A stretch of DNA of 32,000 nt from Longivirga aurantiaca (GCF_042660085.1 NZ_JBHSTI010000002.1:390001-422000); one strand, 5' to 3'; shown: positions 1-9,137, counted from the stretch's first letter. The notes: a model not told the origin generated them from the sequence alone. Program-made: numbers and translations.

Positions 1-114
1 ATGGGCGGGCTGACGCCCAACCCCGTGCGCAGCGTGATCCGGCACTTCCCTGCCGAGCTCGGCCTCGAACCGCTGGTCGAGGCGCCCACCCTGGGGGAGA
101 GTGGGCAGCGATGA
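1..114 (+). CDS. 3' end of NuoF-like NAD(H)-binding subunit of formate dehydrogenase (FdsB-like), partial
   Basis: Frame 1 is open from the window edge to TGA 112-114. The tail GLTPNPVRSVIRHFPAELG resembles NuoF/FdsB C-termini. The stop overlaps the next ATG (ATGA at 111-114). Confidence 0.5.
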   Translation: MGGLTPNPVRSVIRHFPAELGLEPLVEAPTLGESGQR

Positions 115-2927
115 GCATCATCGATCTCGGCACCCCGGCCGTCCCGGGCGAGCGCACGGTCGACGTCGTCGTTGACGGCGTCCCGGTCTTCGTCGCGCCC
201 GGCACGTCGGTCATGCGCGCAGCGGCCGAGGCCGGCGTGGCGATCCCCAAGCTCTGCGCCACCGACTCGCTGGACGCGTTCGGCTCGTGCCGCCTCTGCC
301 TCGTCGAGGTCGAGGGCAGGCCCGGCACCCCGGCGTCGTGCACCACGCCCTGCACCCCGGGCATGCGCGTGCAGACGCAGACGCCGAAGGTCGAGAAGCT
401 GCGCCGCGGGGTCATGGAGCTCTACATCTCCGACCACCCGCTCGACTGCCTCACCTGCCCGGCGAACGGTGACTGCGAGCTGCAGGACATGGCCGGCGTC
501 GTCGGTCTGCGCGAGGTCCGCTACGGCATGGACGGCGCCAACCACCTCGACGCCCCCACCGACGACAGCAACCCGTACTTCTCGTTCGACGCGAGCAAGT
601 GCATCGCCTGCTCGCGGTGCGTGCGCGCCTGCGGCGAGACGCAGGGCACCTTCGCCCTCACGATCGAGGGGCGCGGGTTCGCGTCGAAGGTGTCGGCGAG
701 CGCCGCCGAGCCGTTCATGTCGAGCGAGTGCGTCTCGTGCGGCGCGTGCGTGCAGGCGTGCCCGACGTCGACACTGCAGGAGAAGACGGTCATCGACCTG
801 GGCACGCCGACCCGCAGCGTGAAGACGACGTGCGCCTACTGCGGCGTCGGCTGCTCGTTCGTCGCCGAGCTGCGCGGCGACCAGCTCGTGCGCATGGTTC
901 CCGACAAGGACGGCGGCGCGAACGCCGGCCACAGCTGCGTCAAGGGCCGCTTCGCCTGGGGCTACGCCACGCACCGAGACCGCCAGCTCGAGCCGATGGT
1001 GCGGGGCTCGATCGCCGACGAGTGGCGCGTCGTCTCGTGGGACGAGGCGATCGCCTACGCCGCCGAGCGGTTTCTGGCGATCCAGCGCGACCACGGGGTC
1101 GGCGCGATCGGCGGAATCACCTCGTCGCGCTGCACCAACGAGGAGGTGTACGTCGTCCAGAAGATGATCCGGGCGGCGTTCGGCAACAACAACGTCGACA
1201 CCTGCGCCCGCGTCTGCCACTCGCCCACGGGATACGGGCTCAAGCAGACCTTCGGCACCTCGGCCGGGACGCAGGACTTCGAGTCGGTCGCGCACTCCGA
1301 CGTCATCGTGGTGATCGGCGCGAACCCCACCGACGGGCACCCGGTGTTCGCGTCGCGGATGAAGAAGCGACTGCGTGCCGGGGCGAAGCTCATCGTGATC
1401 GACCCGAGGCGCATCGACCTCGTGCGGTCCCCGCACGTGGAGGCGGCGTACCACCTGCAGCTGCAGCCGGGCACGAACGTCGCGATCGTCAACGCGATCG
1501 CGCACGTGGTGGTGACCGAGGGCCTGGTCGACCGGGACTTCGTCGCCGCCCGCTGCGAGGACGACTCGTTCGCGCAGTGGGAGACGTTCATCGCGCAGCC
1601 CGAGAACAGCCCGGAGGCGCTCGAGGCCGTCACCGGCGTGCCCGCTGCCGACGTGCGTGCCGCGGCACGGCTCTTCGCGACCGGGGGCAACGCCGCGATC
1701 TACTACGGCCTCGGCGTCACCGAGCACAGCCAGGGCTCGACCATGGTGATGGGCATGGCCAACCTCGCGATGGCTACGGGCAACATCGGCCGCACAGGCG
1801 TGGGCGTCAACCCGCTGCGCGGGCAGAACAACGTGCAGGGCTCGTGCGACATGGGCTCGTTCCCGCACGAGCTCCCCGGCTACCGGCACGTGAGCGACCC
1901 GGCCGTGCGCGGGATCTTCGAGGCCGTATGGGGCCGCGCGATCGACCCCGAGCCGGGCCTGCGCATCCCCAACATGCTCGACGCCGCCATCGCCGGCCGC
2001 TACCTCGGCATGTTCATCCAGGGCGAGGACATCGCGCAGAGCGACCCCAACGTGCAGCACGTGAAGGCGGCGCTCGGGTCGCTGGAGCTGCTCGTGGTGC
2101 AGGATCTCTTCCTCAACGAGACAGCGAAGTTCGCCCATGTCTTCCTGCCGGGCACCTCGTTCCTCGAGAAGGACGGCACGTTCACCAACGCCGAGCGGCG
2201 GATCAACCGGGTGCGCCCGGTGATGGCGTCGGCGACCGGCAAGCAGGAGTGGGAGGTCGCCTGCGAGCTCGCGACCGCCATGGGCTACCCGATGTCGTAC
2301 GTGCAGTCGGCCGAGATCATGGACGAGATCGCAGCCACCACACCGACTTTCGCGGGTGTTTCGTTCGATCGGCTCGACGCCGAGGGCAGCGTGCAGTGGC
2401 CGTGCAACGACGCCGCTCCGCACGGCACGCCGATCATGCACGTCGACGGGTTCGTGCGCGGCAAGGGCCACTTCGTGGAGACGCCGTACGTGCCGACCGA
2501 CGAGCGCACCAACCGGAAGTTCCCGCTGATCCTCACGACCGGCCGGATCCTGTCGCAGTACAACGTGGGCGCGCAGACGCGGCGTACCGAGAACGTCCGC
2601 TGGCACAGCGAGGACGTCGTCGAGGTGCACCCGCACGACGCCGAGACCCGCGGCATCGCCACCGGCCAGGCCGTCACGATCACGAGCCGCGTGGGCGAGA
2701 CGGTGCTGCGCGCGAGGGTGACCGACCGCGTGCCGCAGGGAGTCGTCTACACGACGTTCCACTTCCCGGGCAGCGGCGCGAACGTGGTCACCACCGAGTA
2801 CAGCGACTGGGCGACCAACTGCCCCGAGTACAAGGTGACGGCCGTCGAGCTGGCACCGACCTCGCGCACGCCGGTGACGGACGACGAGATGCACTCCGAG
2901 CACCGGTCCGTGGCAGGGCGGTCATGA
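111..2927 (+). CDS. fdsA: NAD-dependent formate dehydrogenase alpha (molybdopterin catalytic) subunit
   Basis: 938-aa ORF. It has an N-terminal 2Fe-2S ferredoxin-like segment (CRLCLVEV), 4Fe-4S motifs (CIACSRCVRAC, CVSCGACVQACP) and a molybdopterin oxidoreductase body (TTCAYCGVGC). The active-site motif is CARVCHSPTG, with a Cys codon TGC at 1215-1217 rather than TGA. Confidence 0.9.
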   Translation: MSIIDLGTPAVPGERTVDVVVDGVPVFVAPGTSVMRAAAEAGVAIPKLCATDSLDAFGSCRLCLVEVEGRPGTPASCTTPCTPGMRVQTQTPKVEKLRRGVMELYISDHPLDCLTCPANGDCELQDMAGVVGLREVRYGMDGANHLDAPTDDSNPYFSFDASKCIACSRCVRACGETQGTFALTIEGRGFASKVSASAAEPFMSSECVSCGACVQACPTSTLQEKTVIDLGTPTRSVKTTCAYCGVGCSFVAELRGDQLVRMVPDKDGGANAGHSCVKGRFAWGYATHRDRQLEPMVRGSIADEWRVVSWDEAIAYAAERFLAIQRDHGVGAIGGITSSRCTNEEVYVVQKMIRAAFGNNNVDTCARVCHSPTGYGLKQTFGTSAGTQDFESVAHSDVIVVIGANPTDGHPVFASRMKKRLRAGAKLIVIDPRRIDLVRSPHVEAAYHLQLQPGTNVAIVNAIAHVVVTEGLVDRDFVAARCEDDSFAQWETFIAQPENSPEALEAVTGVPAADVRAAARLFATGGNAAIYYGLGVTEHSQGSTMVMGMANLAMATGNIGRTGVGVNPLRGQNNVQGSCDMGSFPHELPGYRHVSDPAVRGIFEAVWGRAIDPEPGLRIPNMLDAAIAGRYLGMFIQGEDIAQSDPNVQHVKAALGSLELLVVQDLFLNETAKFAHVFLPGTSFLEKDGTFTNAERRINRVRPVMASATGKQEWEVACELATAMGYPMSYVQSAEIMDEIAATTPTFAGVSFDRLDAEGSVQWPCNDAAPHGTPIMHVDGFVRGKGHFVETPYVPTDERTNRKFPLILTTGRILSQYNVGAQTRRTENVRWHSEDVVEVHPHDAETRGIATGQAVTITSRVGETVLRARVTDRVPQGVVYTTFHFPGSGANVVTTEYSDWATNCPEYKVTAVELAPTSRTPVTDDEMHSEHRSVAGRS

Positions 2928-3172
2928 GCGAGGCCGGCCCGTCAGTGAACGCCGACCCGACCCAGGTCGCGAGCCTGCTCCGGATGGCCAACCAGATCGC
3001 GAGCAACGCCCACCACAAGCCGCACGACGCGGCCGTCGCGATGGTCGAGACGCATCTGCGCGACTTCTGGGCGCCGTCGATGCGCGCGCACCTGACCGAG
3101 TGGATGGACGCCGGCGGCGAGGGTCTCGACCCCATCGCCGCCGAGGTGCTGGACCGTCTCCGCGCAGGCTGA
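2924..3172 (+). CDS. fdsD: formate dehydrogenase delta subunit (FdsD-like)
   Basis: 82-aa ORF whose ATG overlaps the fdsA stop (ATGA at 2924-2927). The LLRMANQIASN motif and the position after fdsA fit FdsD. It is the in-frame 3' part of track ORF 599..3172. Confidence 0.7.
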   Translation: MSEAGPSVNADPTQVASLLRMANQIASNAHHKPHDAAVAMVETHLRDFWAPSMRAHLTEWMDAGGEGLDPIAAEVLDRLRAG

Positions 3173-3187
3173 CCGGTCGCGCAACCG

Positions 3188-3487
3188 TCAGCTGCTCTCG
3201 CGCGCCCGGCGGGCGGCTTCGGCCACGACCTCGGCGGGCATGTCGTCCAGAGGCACGTCGCCACCGGTGCGCGCGGGTGTGGCGCCGGTCAGCAGCAGGG
3301 CGGGGGAGTCCGGCACCGAGGTGCCCGCGCCGGCGGCGGGCATGCCGTCGCTCCACGAGCCGGCGCCGTGCGTGTGGACGGCGTCGTCGGGGTGGGCGAG
3401 CAGGTGCCGGGTCATGGCCACCATGAGCACACCCAGCAGGCCGATCATCGTGAGGCCCAGCACCACCAGAAGCACCATGCCGACCAT
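3188..3487 (-). CDS. small single-pass membrane protein, unknown function
   Basis: 99-aa ORF with a hydrophobic N-terminus (MVGMVLLVVLGLTMIGLLGVLMVAM). Nearly every third codon position is G/C. It lies 54 nt downstream of the aldehyde dehydrogenase stop on the same strand. No clear SD, so the start is uncertain (alternative ATG at 3478). Confidence 0.5.
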   Translation of the reverse strand: MVGMVLLVVLGLTMIGLLGVLMVAMTRHLLAHPDDAVHTHGAGSWSDGMPAAGAGTSVPDSPALLLTGATPARTGGDVPLDDMPAEVVAEAARRARESS

Positions 3488-3541
3488 GAAAGGGCCAAAC
3501 CGTCGATCCCGCCCGTCGAGACGGGCCTCGGACCGGTCGTC

Positions 3542-5017
3542 TCAGCTGGGTCGGCCTGCCGCGATGTAGGAGGTCTTGACCGTGGTGAAGAACTCGCGGG
3601 CCTGCTCGCCCTGCTCGCGCGGCCCGTACGACGACCCCTGGCGTCCGCCGAAGGGGACGTGGAAGTCGACGCCCGCGGTGGGGACGTTGACCATCACCAT
3701 GCCTGCGGTGGACCGGCGGCGGAAGTCGGTGGCCGCAGCCAGGGACGTGGTGACGATGCCGGCGGTGAGGCCGAACTCCGTGCCGTTCGCGACGGCGAGC
3801 GCCTCGTCGTACGACGCGACCTGCACGACGGAGGCGACGGGGCCGAAGACCTCGTCGCGGTTGATGGTGTCCTCGGGCCTGGTCCCGACGACGAGCGCGG
3901 GCTCGAGGTAGAAGCCGTCGGTCGGGCGCTCGAGGCGGCGGCCGCCGATGACCGTGCCCGACTCGTCGCGTGCGATGCCGACGTACCGCTCGTCCTGCGC
4001 GAGCTGGGAGGAGTCGACCACCGGGCCCATCTGGGTGCCGGTGGCGCGGGCGTCGCCGACCTGCAGGGCGAGCATGCGCTCGGTGAGGCGCTCGACGAAC
4101 AGGTCGTGGATGCCGGCCGTGACCACGAAGCGCGACGACGCCGTGCAGCGCTGCCCGGTGGAGCCGTAGGCGCCCTGCAGGGCGCACTCGACGGCGATGC
4201 CGAGGTCGGCGTCGTCCAGGACGACGAGCGGGTTCTTGCCGCCCATCTCGAGCTGGACGCGGGCGCGCGATCCCTGCGCGGAGGCGAGCACGCGCTCGCC
4301 GGTCTGCACCGAGCCGGTGAAGGACACGGCGTCGGCGCTGCTGGTGAGGATGTCGCCGATGTCGCGGCCGCGTCCCATCACGAGGTTGAGGACGCCGTCG
4401 GGCAGGCCCGCGCCGTGCAGGATGTGGACGAGCTCCCACGCGCTGCCGGGCACGAGCTCGGCCGGCTTGAACACCACGGTGTTGCCGTAGGCGAGGGCGG
4501 GCGCGATCTTCCACGCGGGGATCGCGATGGGGAAGTTCCACGGTGTGATGATCGAGACGACGCCGACGGGCTCGCGTGTGACGGCCACCTCGACACCTGG
4601 GCGGATCGAGTCGAGCAGCTGGCCCGCCGGGCGCAGTGCCTGACCGGCGTGGAACTTGAGGATGTGCGCGGCGCGCACCACCTCGCCGACGGCCTCGGGC
4701 AGGGTCTTGCCCTCCTCGCGGGCGAGCAGGTCGCCGAGCTCGTCCTTGCGGCGGATGATCTCGCTGCCGGCGTTGTCGAGGATCTCGAACCGCACCAGGG
4801 GTGAGGCCTCGGCCCAACCGGACGCGGCCGCGCGGGCCGCGGCGAACGCCTCCCGCGCCTGCACTGCGTCGGCGAGCGCATAGCGACCGACCACGTCGGA
4901 GGTGTCCGACGGGTTCACGTTCGTGTTCACGTCGGTGCCCTCGACCCACGCCCCACCGATCAGGTTCGGGTGCACGTCGTCCGGGCCGATGGACTCACGC
5001 CGACCGTGCGTCGTCAT
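3542..5017 (-). CDS. NAD(P)-dependent aldehyde dehydrogenase (ketoglutarate-semialdehyde dehydrogenase-like)
   Basis: 491-aa ORF with ALDH motifs: ITPWNFP, FKPAE, FTGS, LEMGGKNP, and the catalytic Cys in GQRCTASSR. Confidence 0.85.
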   Translation of the reverse strand: MTTHGRRESIGPDDVHPNLIGGAWVEGTDVNTNVNPSDTSDVVGRYALADAVQAREAFAAARAAASGWAEASPLVRFEILDNAGSEIIRRKDELGDLLAREEGKTLPEAVGEVVRAAHILKFHAGQALRPAGQLLDSIRPGVEVAVTREPVGVVSIITPWNFPIAIPAWKIAPALAYGNTVVFKPAELVPGSAWELVHILHGAGLPDGVLNLVMGRGRDIGDILTSSADAVSFTGSVQTGERVLASAQGSRARVQLEMGGKNPLVVLDDADLGIAVECALQGAYGSTGQRCTASSRFVVTAGIHDLFVERLTERMLALQVGDARATGTQMGPVVDSSQLAQDERYVGIARDESGTVIGGRRLERPTDGFYLEPALVVGTRPEDTINRDEVFGPVASVVQVASYDEALAVANGTEFGLTAGIVTTSLAAATDFRRRSTAGMVMVNVPTAGVDFHVPFGGRQGSSYGPREQGEQAREFFTTVKTSYIAAGRPS

Positions 5018-5699
5018 GTCCTGCGCTCGCTCTCATGGGGTGGGGAGGGGTGGTGCGTGGATTCCTATGCTTGCTCATGAGCGCCCCGGTTCGTCCTCCG
5101 AGCCCCAGCGCAGCGGCCCCTGCGAGATCCGTCGGGGTGTCCACGTCGTACGCGAGCGACGCCCAGGGCCCGACGAGACGGCGTGCGCCACTCGCTGCGT
5201 GCCGGGTGCCCGAGGCAGGCCCGTACCTGGGATCCAAGGGGAGGCCGTGCCCGGACAGGAGCAAGGTCGTCCCCGAGCCCTCGCGATCGGGAACGAAGCC
5301 TCGCCGCCCCCGGGCGGCGCGGATGGCCGCCTCGAGCTCGTGGGTCCGCAGCGCGGGCAGGTCGGCGGGGAGCGCGGCGATCGTGGCCCGGGCGAACCGT
5401 CGGCGGGCCAGGTCGGCTGCGACCCGCAGGTCGCCGTTCAGGCTCCCCGTCGCCGGGGAGCACGCGCCGGCCCCGACGTGCTCGGCCAGTCCGACGACGC
5501 GGGCATCGTCGGACACCACGACCGTGTGCACCACCTGATCGGCAGCCATGGCGGCCGACACGGTGTCGTGGACGATCGCCAGCACCAACCCGTCGTGATC
5601 GAGGTGCGCACCCCGAAGCCGCGACTTCGCCAGGGCGAGAGCCTTGACCGGCACCAGCAGCACCGCGGGATGCGGTCCGTGCCCCTCCGGGCTCAGCAT
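4995..5699 (-). CDS. fbiD: phosphoenolpyruvate / 2-phospho-L-lactate guanylyltransferase (coenzyme F420 biosynthesis)
   Basis: In-frame ATG at 5699 inside track ORF 4995..6038. AVLLVPVKALALAKSRL, LPADLPALRTHELEAAIRAA, FVPDREGSGTTLL, DPRYGPASGTRH and YDVDTPTDL run colinear with my memory of M. tuberculosis FbiD (Rv2983). The 3' end overlaps the downstream aldehyde dehydrogenase start by 23 nt. Confidence 0.85.
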   Translation of the reverse strand: MLSPEGHGPHPAVLLVPVKALALAKSRLRGAHLDHDGLVLAIVHDTVSAAMAADQVVHTVVVSDDARVVGLAEHVGAGACSPATGSLNGDLRVAADLARRRFARATIAALPADLPALRTHELEAAIRAARGRRGFVPDREGSGTTLLLSGHGLPLDPRYGPASGTRHAASGARRLVGPWASLAYDVDTPTDLAGAAALGLGGRTGALMSKHRNPRTTPPHPMRASAGHDDARSA

Positions 5700-5712
5700 G
5701 CGTACGCCGGGC

Positions 5713-7140
5713 CTAGGCGTTGTCGCCGAACACCGCCTTGGCCTCCAGGAACTCCCGGATGCCGAACACGGCGTACTCCCGGCCGTTGCCGGACTGCTTG
5801 TACCCGCCGAACGGTGCGTTGAAGTCGAGCCCTGCACCGTTGATGTGCACCATCCCCGTGCGCAGCCGCCGCGCCACCCGACGGGCGCGCTCGGTGTCTG
5901 CGGAGGAGACGAAGCCCGACAGGCCGTAGACGGTGTCGTTGGCCTTGGCGACGGCGTCGTCCTCCCCGTCGTACGTCGAGATGGTGATGACCGGCCCGAA
6001 GATCTCCTCCTTGGCGATCGCCATGTCGTTGGTGACACCGGCGATGACCGTGGGCCGCACGAAGTAGCCGTGCTCGAGCCCGGACGGACGGCCGAGGCCT
6101 CCGGCGACGACGGTCGCGCCCTCGTCGATCGCGGACTGGATCAGGCGCTGCACCTTGTCGTAGCCCGCCTGGGACACGAGCGGCCCGAGCTGGGTGTCGG
6201 GGGCCTCCGGCTCGCCCACGACGGTGGCGTCCGCGGCCTCGGCCGCGATCTTGATCGCGTCCGCGAGCCGGTCGGAGGGCACGAGGAAGCGCGACCCTGC
6301 GTTGCAGGACTGGCCCGAGTTGGCGTAGACGTCCCGCAGGTCGCGCGGGATGGCGACGGCGAGGTCGGCGTCGTCGAGCAGGATGTTGGCGGACTTCCCG
6401 CCGAGCTCCTGGTGCACGCGCTTGACCGTCGGTGCGGCGTTCTTGGCCACCTCGATGCCTGCCCGCGTCGATCCGGTGAACGACACCATGTCGACGTCCG
6501 GGTGGCTCGACAGCGCGACGCCTGCACCAGGGCCGTCACCGTTCACGAGGTTGAAGACACCGGCCGGAACGCCTGCAGCGTCCAGGATCTCGGCGAAGAT
6601 GACGGCGTTGAGAGGGGCGAGCTCCGAGGGCTTCAGCACCATCGTGCAGCCAGCCGCGAGGGCCGGTGCGACCTTCGAGGCGATGAGCAGCATCGGCCAG
6701 TTCCAGGGGGTGATGAGGCCGACGACGCCGATCGGCTCGTAGACCACCGAGGAGGTGCCGACCTTCTCCTCGAACTCGAAGGTCCGCAACGCATCGAGCG
6801 CCACGGCGAACTGCCCTGTGCCGCACGGGACATGGGCGTTCTCGGCGAGGCCTCGCGGAGATCCCATCTCGGACATCAGCGCCTCGGCCAGATCGCCGGC
6901 TCGCTTCTGGTACTCGACGAGGATGCGCTCCAGCAGCGCGATGCGGTCGGCGACCGAGGTCTGCGAGAACGACTCGAACGCACGCTTGGCCGCAGCGACG
7001 GCGCGGTCGACGTCGGCCTGATCGGCCAGCGCGACCGTGGCGATCGACCTCTCGGTGCTGGGATCGATCACCTCGAGGGTGCGTGACGAGCTGGGGTCGA
7101 CCCATGCTCCATCGATGTAGAACTTCGTGGCGTTCGACAT
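5713..7140 (-). CDS. NAD-dependent aldehyde dehydrogenase
   Basis: 475-aa ORF with ITPWNWP, LKPSE, FTGST, ELGGKSA, and the catalytic Cys in GQSCNAGSR. Confidence 0.9.
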   Translation of the reverse strand: MSNATKFYIDGAWVDPSSSRTLEVIDPSTERSIATVALADQADVDRAVAAAKRAFESFSQTSVADRIALLERILVEYQKRAGDLAEALMSEMGSPRGLAENAHVPCGTGQFAVALDALRTFEFEEKVGTSSVVYEPIGVVGLITPWNWPMLLIASKVAPALAAGCTMVLKPSELAPLNAVIFAEILDAAGVPAGVFNLVNGDGPGAGVALSSHPDVDMVSFTGSTRAGIEVAKNAAPTVKRVHQELGGKSANILLDDADLAVAIPRDLRDVYANSGQSCNAGSRFLVPSDRLADAIKIAAEAADATVVGEPEAPDTQLGPLVSQAGYDKVQRLIQSAIDEGATVVAGGLGRPSGLEHGYFVRPTVIAGVTNDMAIAKEEIFGPVITISTYDGEDDAVAKANDTVYGLSGFVSSADTERARRVARRLRTGMVHINGAGLDFNAPFGGYKQSGNGREYAVFGIREFLEAKAVFGDNA

Positions 7141-7191
7141 GGTCGACGTCCCTTCACCGGCGGCGGCGCTGCGTCGGACCCGACGTGCGCG

Positions 7192-7207
7192 CTATAAACG
7201 TTTCCAA
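7192..7207. promoter_or_regulatory. candidate operator, copy a of the 16-bp pseudo-palindromic box (ctatAAACGTTTCcaa)
   Basis: AAACGTTT core palindrome with a central CG. On the minus strand it lies immediately downstream of the putative -10. See the finding on the recurrent box. Confidence 0.35.
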
Positions 7208-7236
7208 CCCTAGGCACGCCCGACCCGGGTGGTCAA
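7207..7236 (-). promoter_or_regulatory. putative promoter of the aldehyde dehydrogenase-fbiD operon
   Basis: The minus strand reads TTGACC (7236-7231), an 18-nt spacer, then TAGGGT (7212-7207), which fits the actinobacterial TAnnnT -10 pattern. Hand prediction. Confidence 0.3.
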
Positions 7237-7249
7237 GTGGGGGGTCCAC

Positions 7250-8005
7250 CTACGCGCGAGCCACCCGCAGGTGCGGCCGGTAGCGGGCGACCGCGTCGGC
7301 GTCGACCGAGGTGTCGGTCAGCACGGCCTCGACCTCGTCCAGCCCCGCGACCCGAGCCAGGACCCGGCGGTCGATCTTCGAGGAGTCGGCCAGCGCGATC
7401 GGATGCTGCGCCGCGGCGATCATGGCCCGCTTGATGGGGACCTCGATCGTGTTCGTGTTGGTGATGCCTCCGTCGAGCGACACGGCGTCGGCTCCGAGGA
7501 ACGTCCAGTCGGCGCGCAGCTCGGAGAGGAACGACGCCGCCTTTCCTCCGACGAGCGTGAACACCGTTCCGAGCAGCTCGCCTCCGGTCACCAGCAGCCG
7601 CGCGGCAGGATCGGTCGCCACGAACTTCGCGATGCGCAGGTCGTTCGTGATGATGGTCAAGGGTTTCCCGCGCAAGGCCACCGCGACCTGGTAGGTGGTG
7701 GATCCGCTGTCGAGGATGACGGCCTCGCCGTCGGAGACCAGCGCGGCAGCGGCCTCGGCGATCTCGGTCTTCGCCGCGAGGTTGGCCGTCTGCTTGCGCG
7801 CGTAGGGGATGTCCCCCGTCCCGTCCGCGAGGAGCCGGGCACCTCCGTGCGTTCGACGGACGTGGCCGGCGCGCTCCAGCACATCGAGGTCGCGGCGGAT
7901 GGTCGACGCGTTCACCCCCAGCTCGAGGGCGAGCGTGTGCGCTTCGACGTATCCGTCCCGGACTGCGCGCTCGACGATCGCGTCGCGTCGGGCAGCGGTG
8001 CTCAC
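7250..8005 (-). CDS. DeoR-family transcriptional regulator
   Basis: GTG start at 8005 preceded by GAGGAGG. N-terminal HTH (LALELGVNASTIRRDLDVLERAG) and a C-terminal DeoR sugar-binding domain (ILDSGSTT, TNDL, FLGADAV). The upstream part of track ORF 7250..8476 is Arg/Pro/Ser-rich and looks non-coding. Confidence 0.85.
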   Translation of the reverse strand: MSTAARRDAIVERAVRDGYVEAHTLALELGVNASTIRRDLDVLERAGHVRRTHGGARLLADGTGDIPYARKQTANLAAKTEIAEAAAALVSDGEAVILDSGSTTYQVAVALRGKPLTIITNDLRIAKFVATDPAARLLVTGGELLGTVFTLVGGKAASFLSELRADWTFLGADAVSLDGGITNTNTIEVPIKRAMIAAAQHPIALADSSKIDRRVLARVAGLDEVEAVLTDTSVDADAVARYRPHLRVARA

Positions 8006-8046
8006 GTGGCCTCCTCGGGGCGGGGTCCGGGGCCCAGTATCCCGTT

Positions 8047-8119
8047 TTCGCGCAATGCCTTGACGAGAAGGGTGTCGGAATGATGCAGTTCGCGCAACAA
8101 GTGCGCGATAACGCGCAAC
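8047..8119. promoter_or_regulatory. repeated CGCGCAA elements in the DeoR/glpX divergent region (candidate DeoR operators)
   Basis: TTCGCGCAA at 8047-8055, TTCGCGCAAC at 8089-8098, AACGCGCAAC at 8110-8119, plus an inverted TGCGCGA at 8102-8108. The direct copies start 42 and 21 bp apart. TTGACG at 8059-8064 lies between them. Confidence 0.3.
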
Positions 8120-8141
8120 GGCGAGGACTGGAGAGGTTTCT

Positions 8142-9137
8142 ATGACGGCATCGACCCAGGAGCAGACCGACACCGACGGCCTGGCCGTCGGCGCCGGCGT
8201 CGACCTCGCCGCCTCGACCCAGGCCGCGGCGCTGGCCGCCTCCCCGTGGGTCGGTCGCGGGGACAAGAACGCCGTCGACGGTGCAGCGGTCAGCGCGATG
8301 CGCCGAGCCCTCGCCGGGATCAGGATCGACGGCACCGTCGTCATCGGCGAGGGCGAGAAGGACGACGCCCCCATGCTCTTCACCGGCGAGCGGGTCGGCT
8401 CCGGCGACGGGGCAGCCTGCGACGTCGCTGTCGACCCGATCGACGGCACCCGCCTCGCCGCGCTGGGGCTGGGCAACGCGATCTCGGCTCTCGCGGTCGC
8501 GGAGCGCGGCGCGATGTTCGACGCGTCCTCGGTCTTCTACATGGAGAAGCTGGCGGCCGGCCCTGCTGCCGCCGGCATCCTCGACCTACGCCTTCCCGTG
8601 CGGGAGAACGTGTTTCGCCTCGCCGAGGTGCTGGGTCGCGATCCCGACGGCATCTGCGTCGCCGTCCTGGACCGACCGCGGCACGACGACCTCGTCACCG
8701 AGATCCGTGCGACCGGTGCACGCGTCCGCCTCCTCCCGGACGGCGACGTAGCGGCCGCGATCGCCGCGGTCGACGCCGGGAGCGGCGTCGACCTCATGCT
8801 CGGTTCCGGCGGCTCGCCGGAAGGTGTCCTCGCCGCTGCGGCGGTTCGGTGCTTCGGAGGCATCTTCCAGGGCCGGCTCTGGCCGCAGTCGGACGCGGAG
8901 CGCGCGTGGATGGGCGATCGTGGCTACGAGAGCGGTCGGGTCCTGTCGGCGAGGGACCTCGTGGCTGGGGACGACGTCGTCTTCGTGGCGACCGGAGTCA
9001 CCGACGGGTCGCTCCTTCGCGGCGTGCGGTCCGAGCTCGGCGTGCCCGTGACCCACTCGCTGGTGGCGGACACGCGCACCGGGATGCGCCATCTGGTCGA
9101 GACCCGTCACCCGCAGCGGGATCCGGGAACCGGCTGA
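8142..9137 (+). CDS. glpX: class II fructose-1,6-bisphosphatase (GlpX type)
   Basis: 331-aa ORF with GGAGAGG before the ATG. GRGDKNAVDGAAVSAMR, GEGEKDDAPML and VDPIDGT are typical GlpX motifs. Confidence 0.9.
   Translation: MTASTQEQTDTDGLAVGAGVDLAASTQAAALAASPWVGRGDKNAVDGAAVSAMRRALAGIRIDGTVVIGEGEKDDAPMLFTGERVGSGDGAACDVAVDPIDGTRLAALGLGNAISALAVAERGAMFDASSVFYMEKLAAGPAAAGILDLRLPVRENVFRLAEVLGRDPDGICVAVLDRPRHDDLVTEIRATGARVRLLPDGDVAAAIAAVDAGSGVDLMLGSGGSPEGVLAAAAVRCFGGIFQGRLWPQSDAERAWMGDRGYESGRVLSARDLVAGDDVVFVATGVTDGSLLRGVRSELGVPVTHSLVADTRTGMRHLVETRHPQRDPGTG

Noticed and set aside
1215-1217. Possible selenocysteine in the formate dehydrogenase active site
   Set aside because: The codon is TGC (Cys) and the 938-codon frame has no in-frame TGA, so this is a Cys-type enzyme.
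599-2923. Upstream 775 codons of track ORF 599..3172
   Set aside because: This is an out-of-frame read-through of fdsA. Only the last 82 codons from ATG 2924 (fdsD) look like a real protein.
2922-4949. 675-aa minus-strand ORF; also 17922-19487, 22842-24500, 23551-24768, 24258-25958 and similar long alternative-frame ORFs
   Set aside because: All overlap well-supported genes in other frames or strands, and all have extreme Arg/Pro/Gly/Ala composition. I treat them as GC-driven artefacts.
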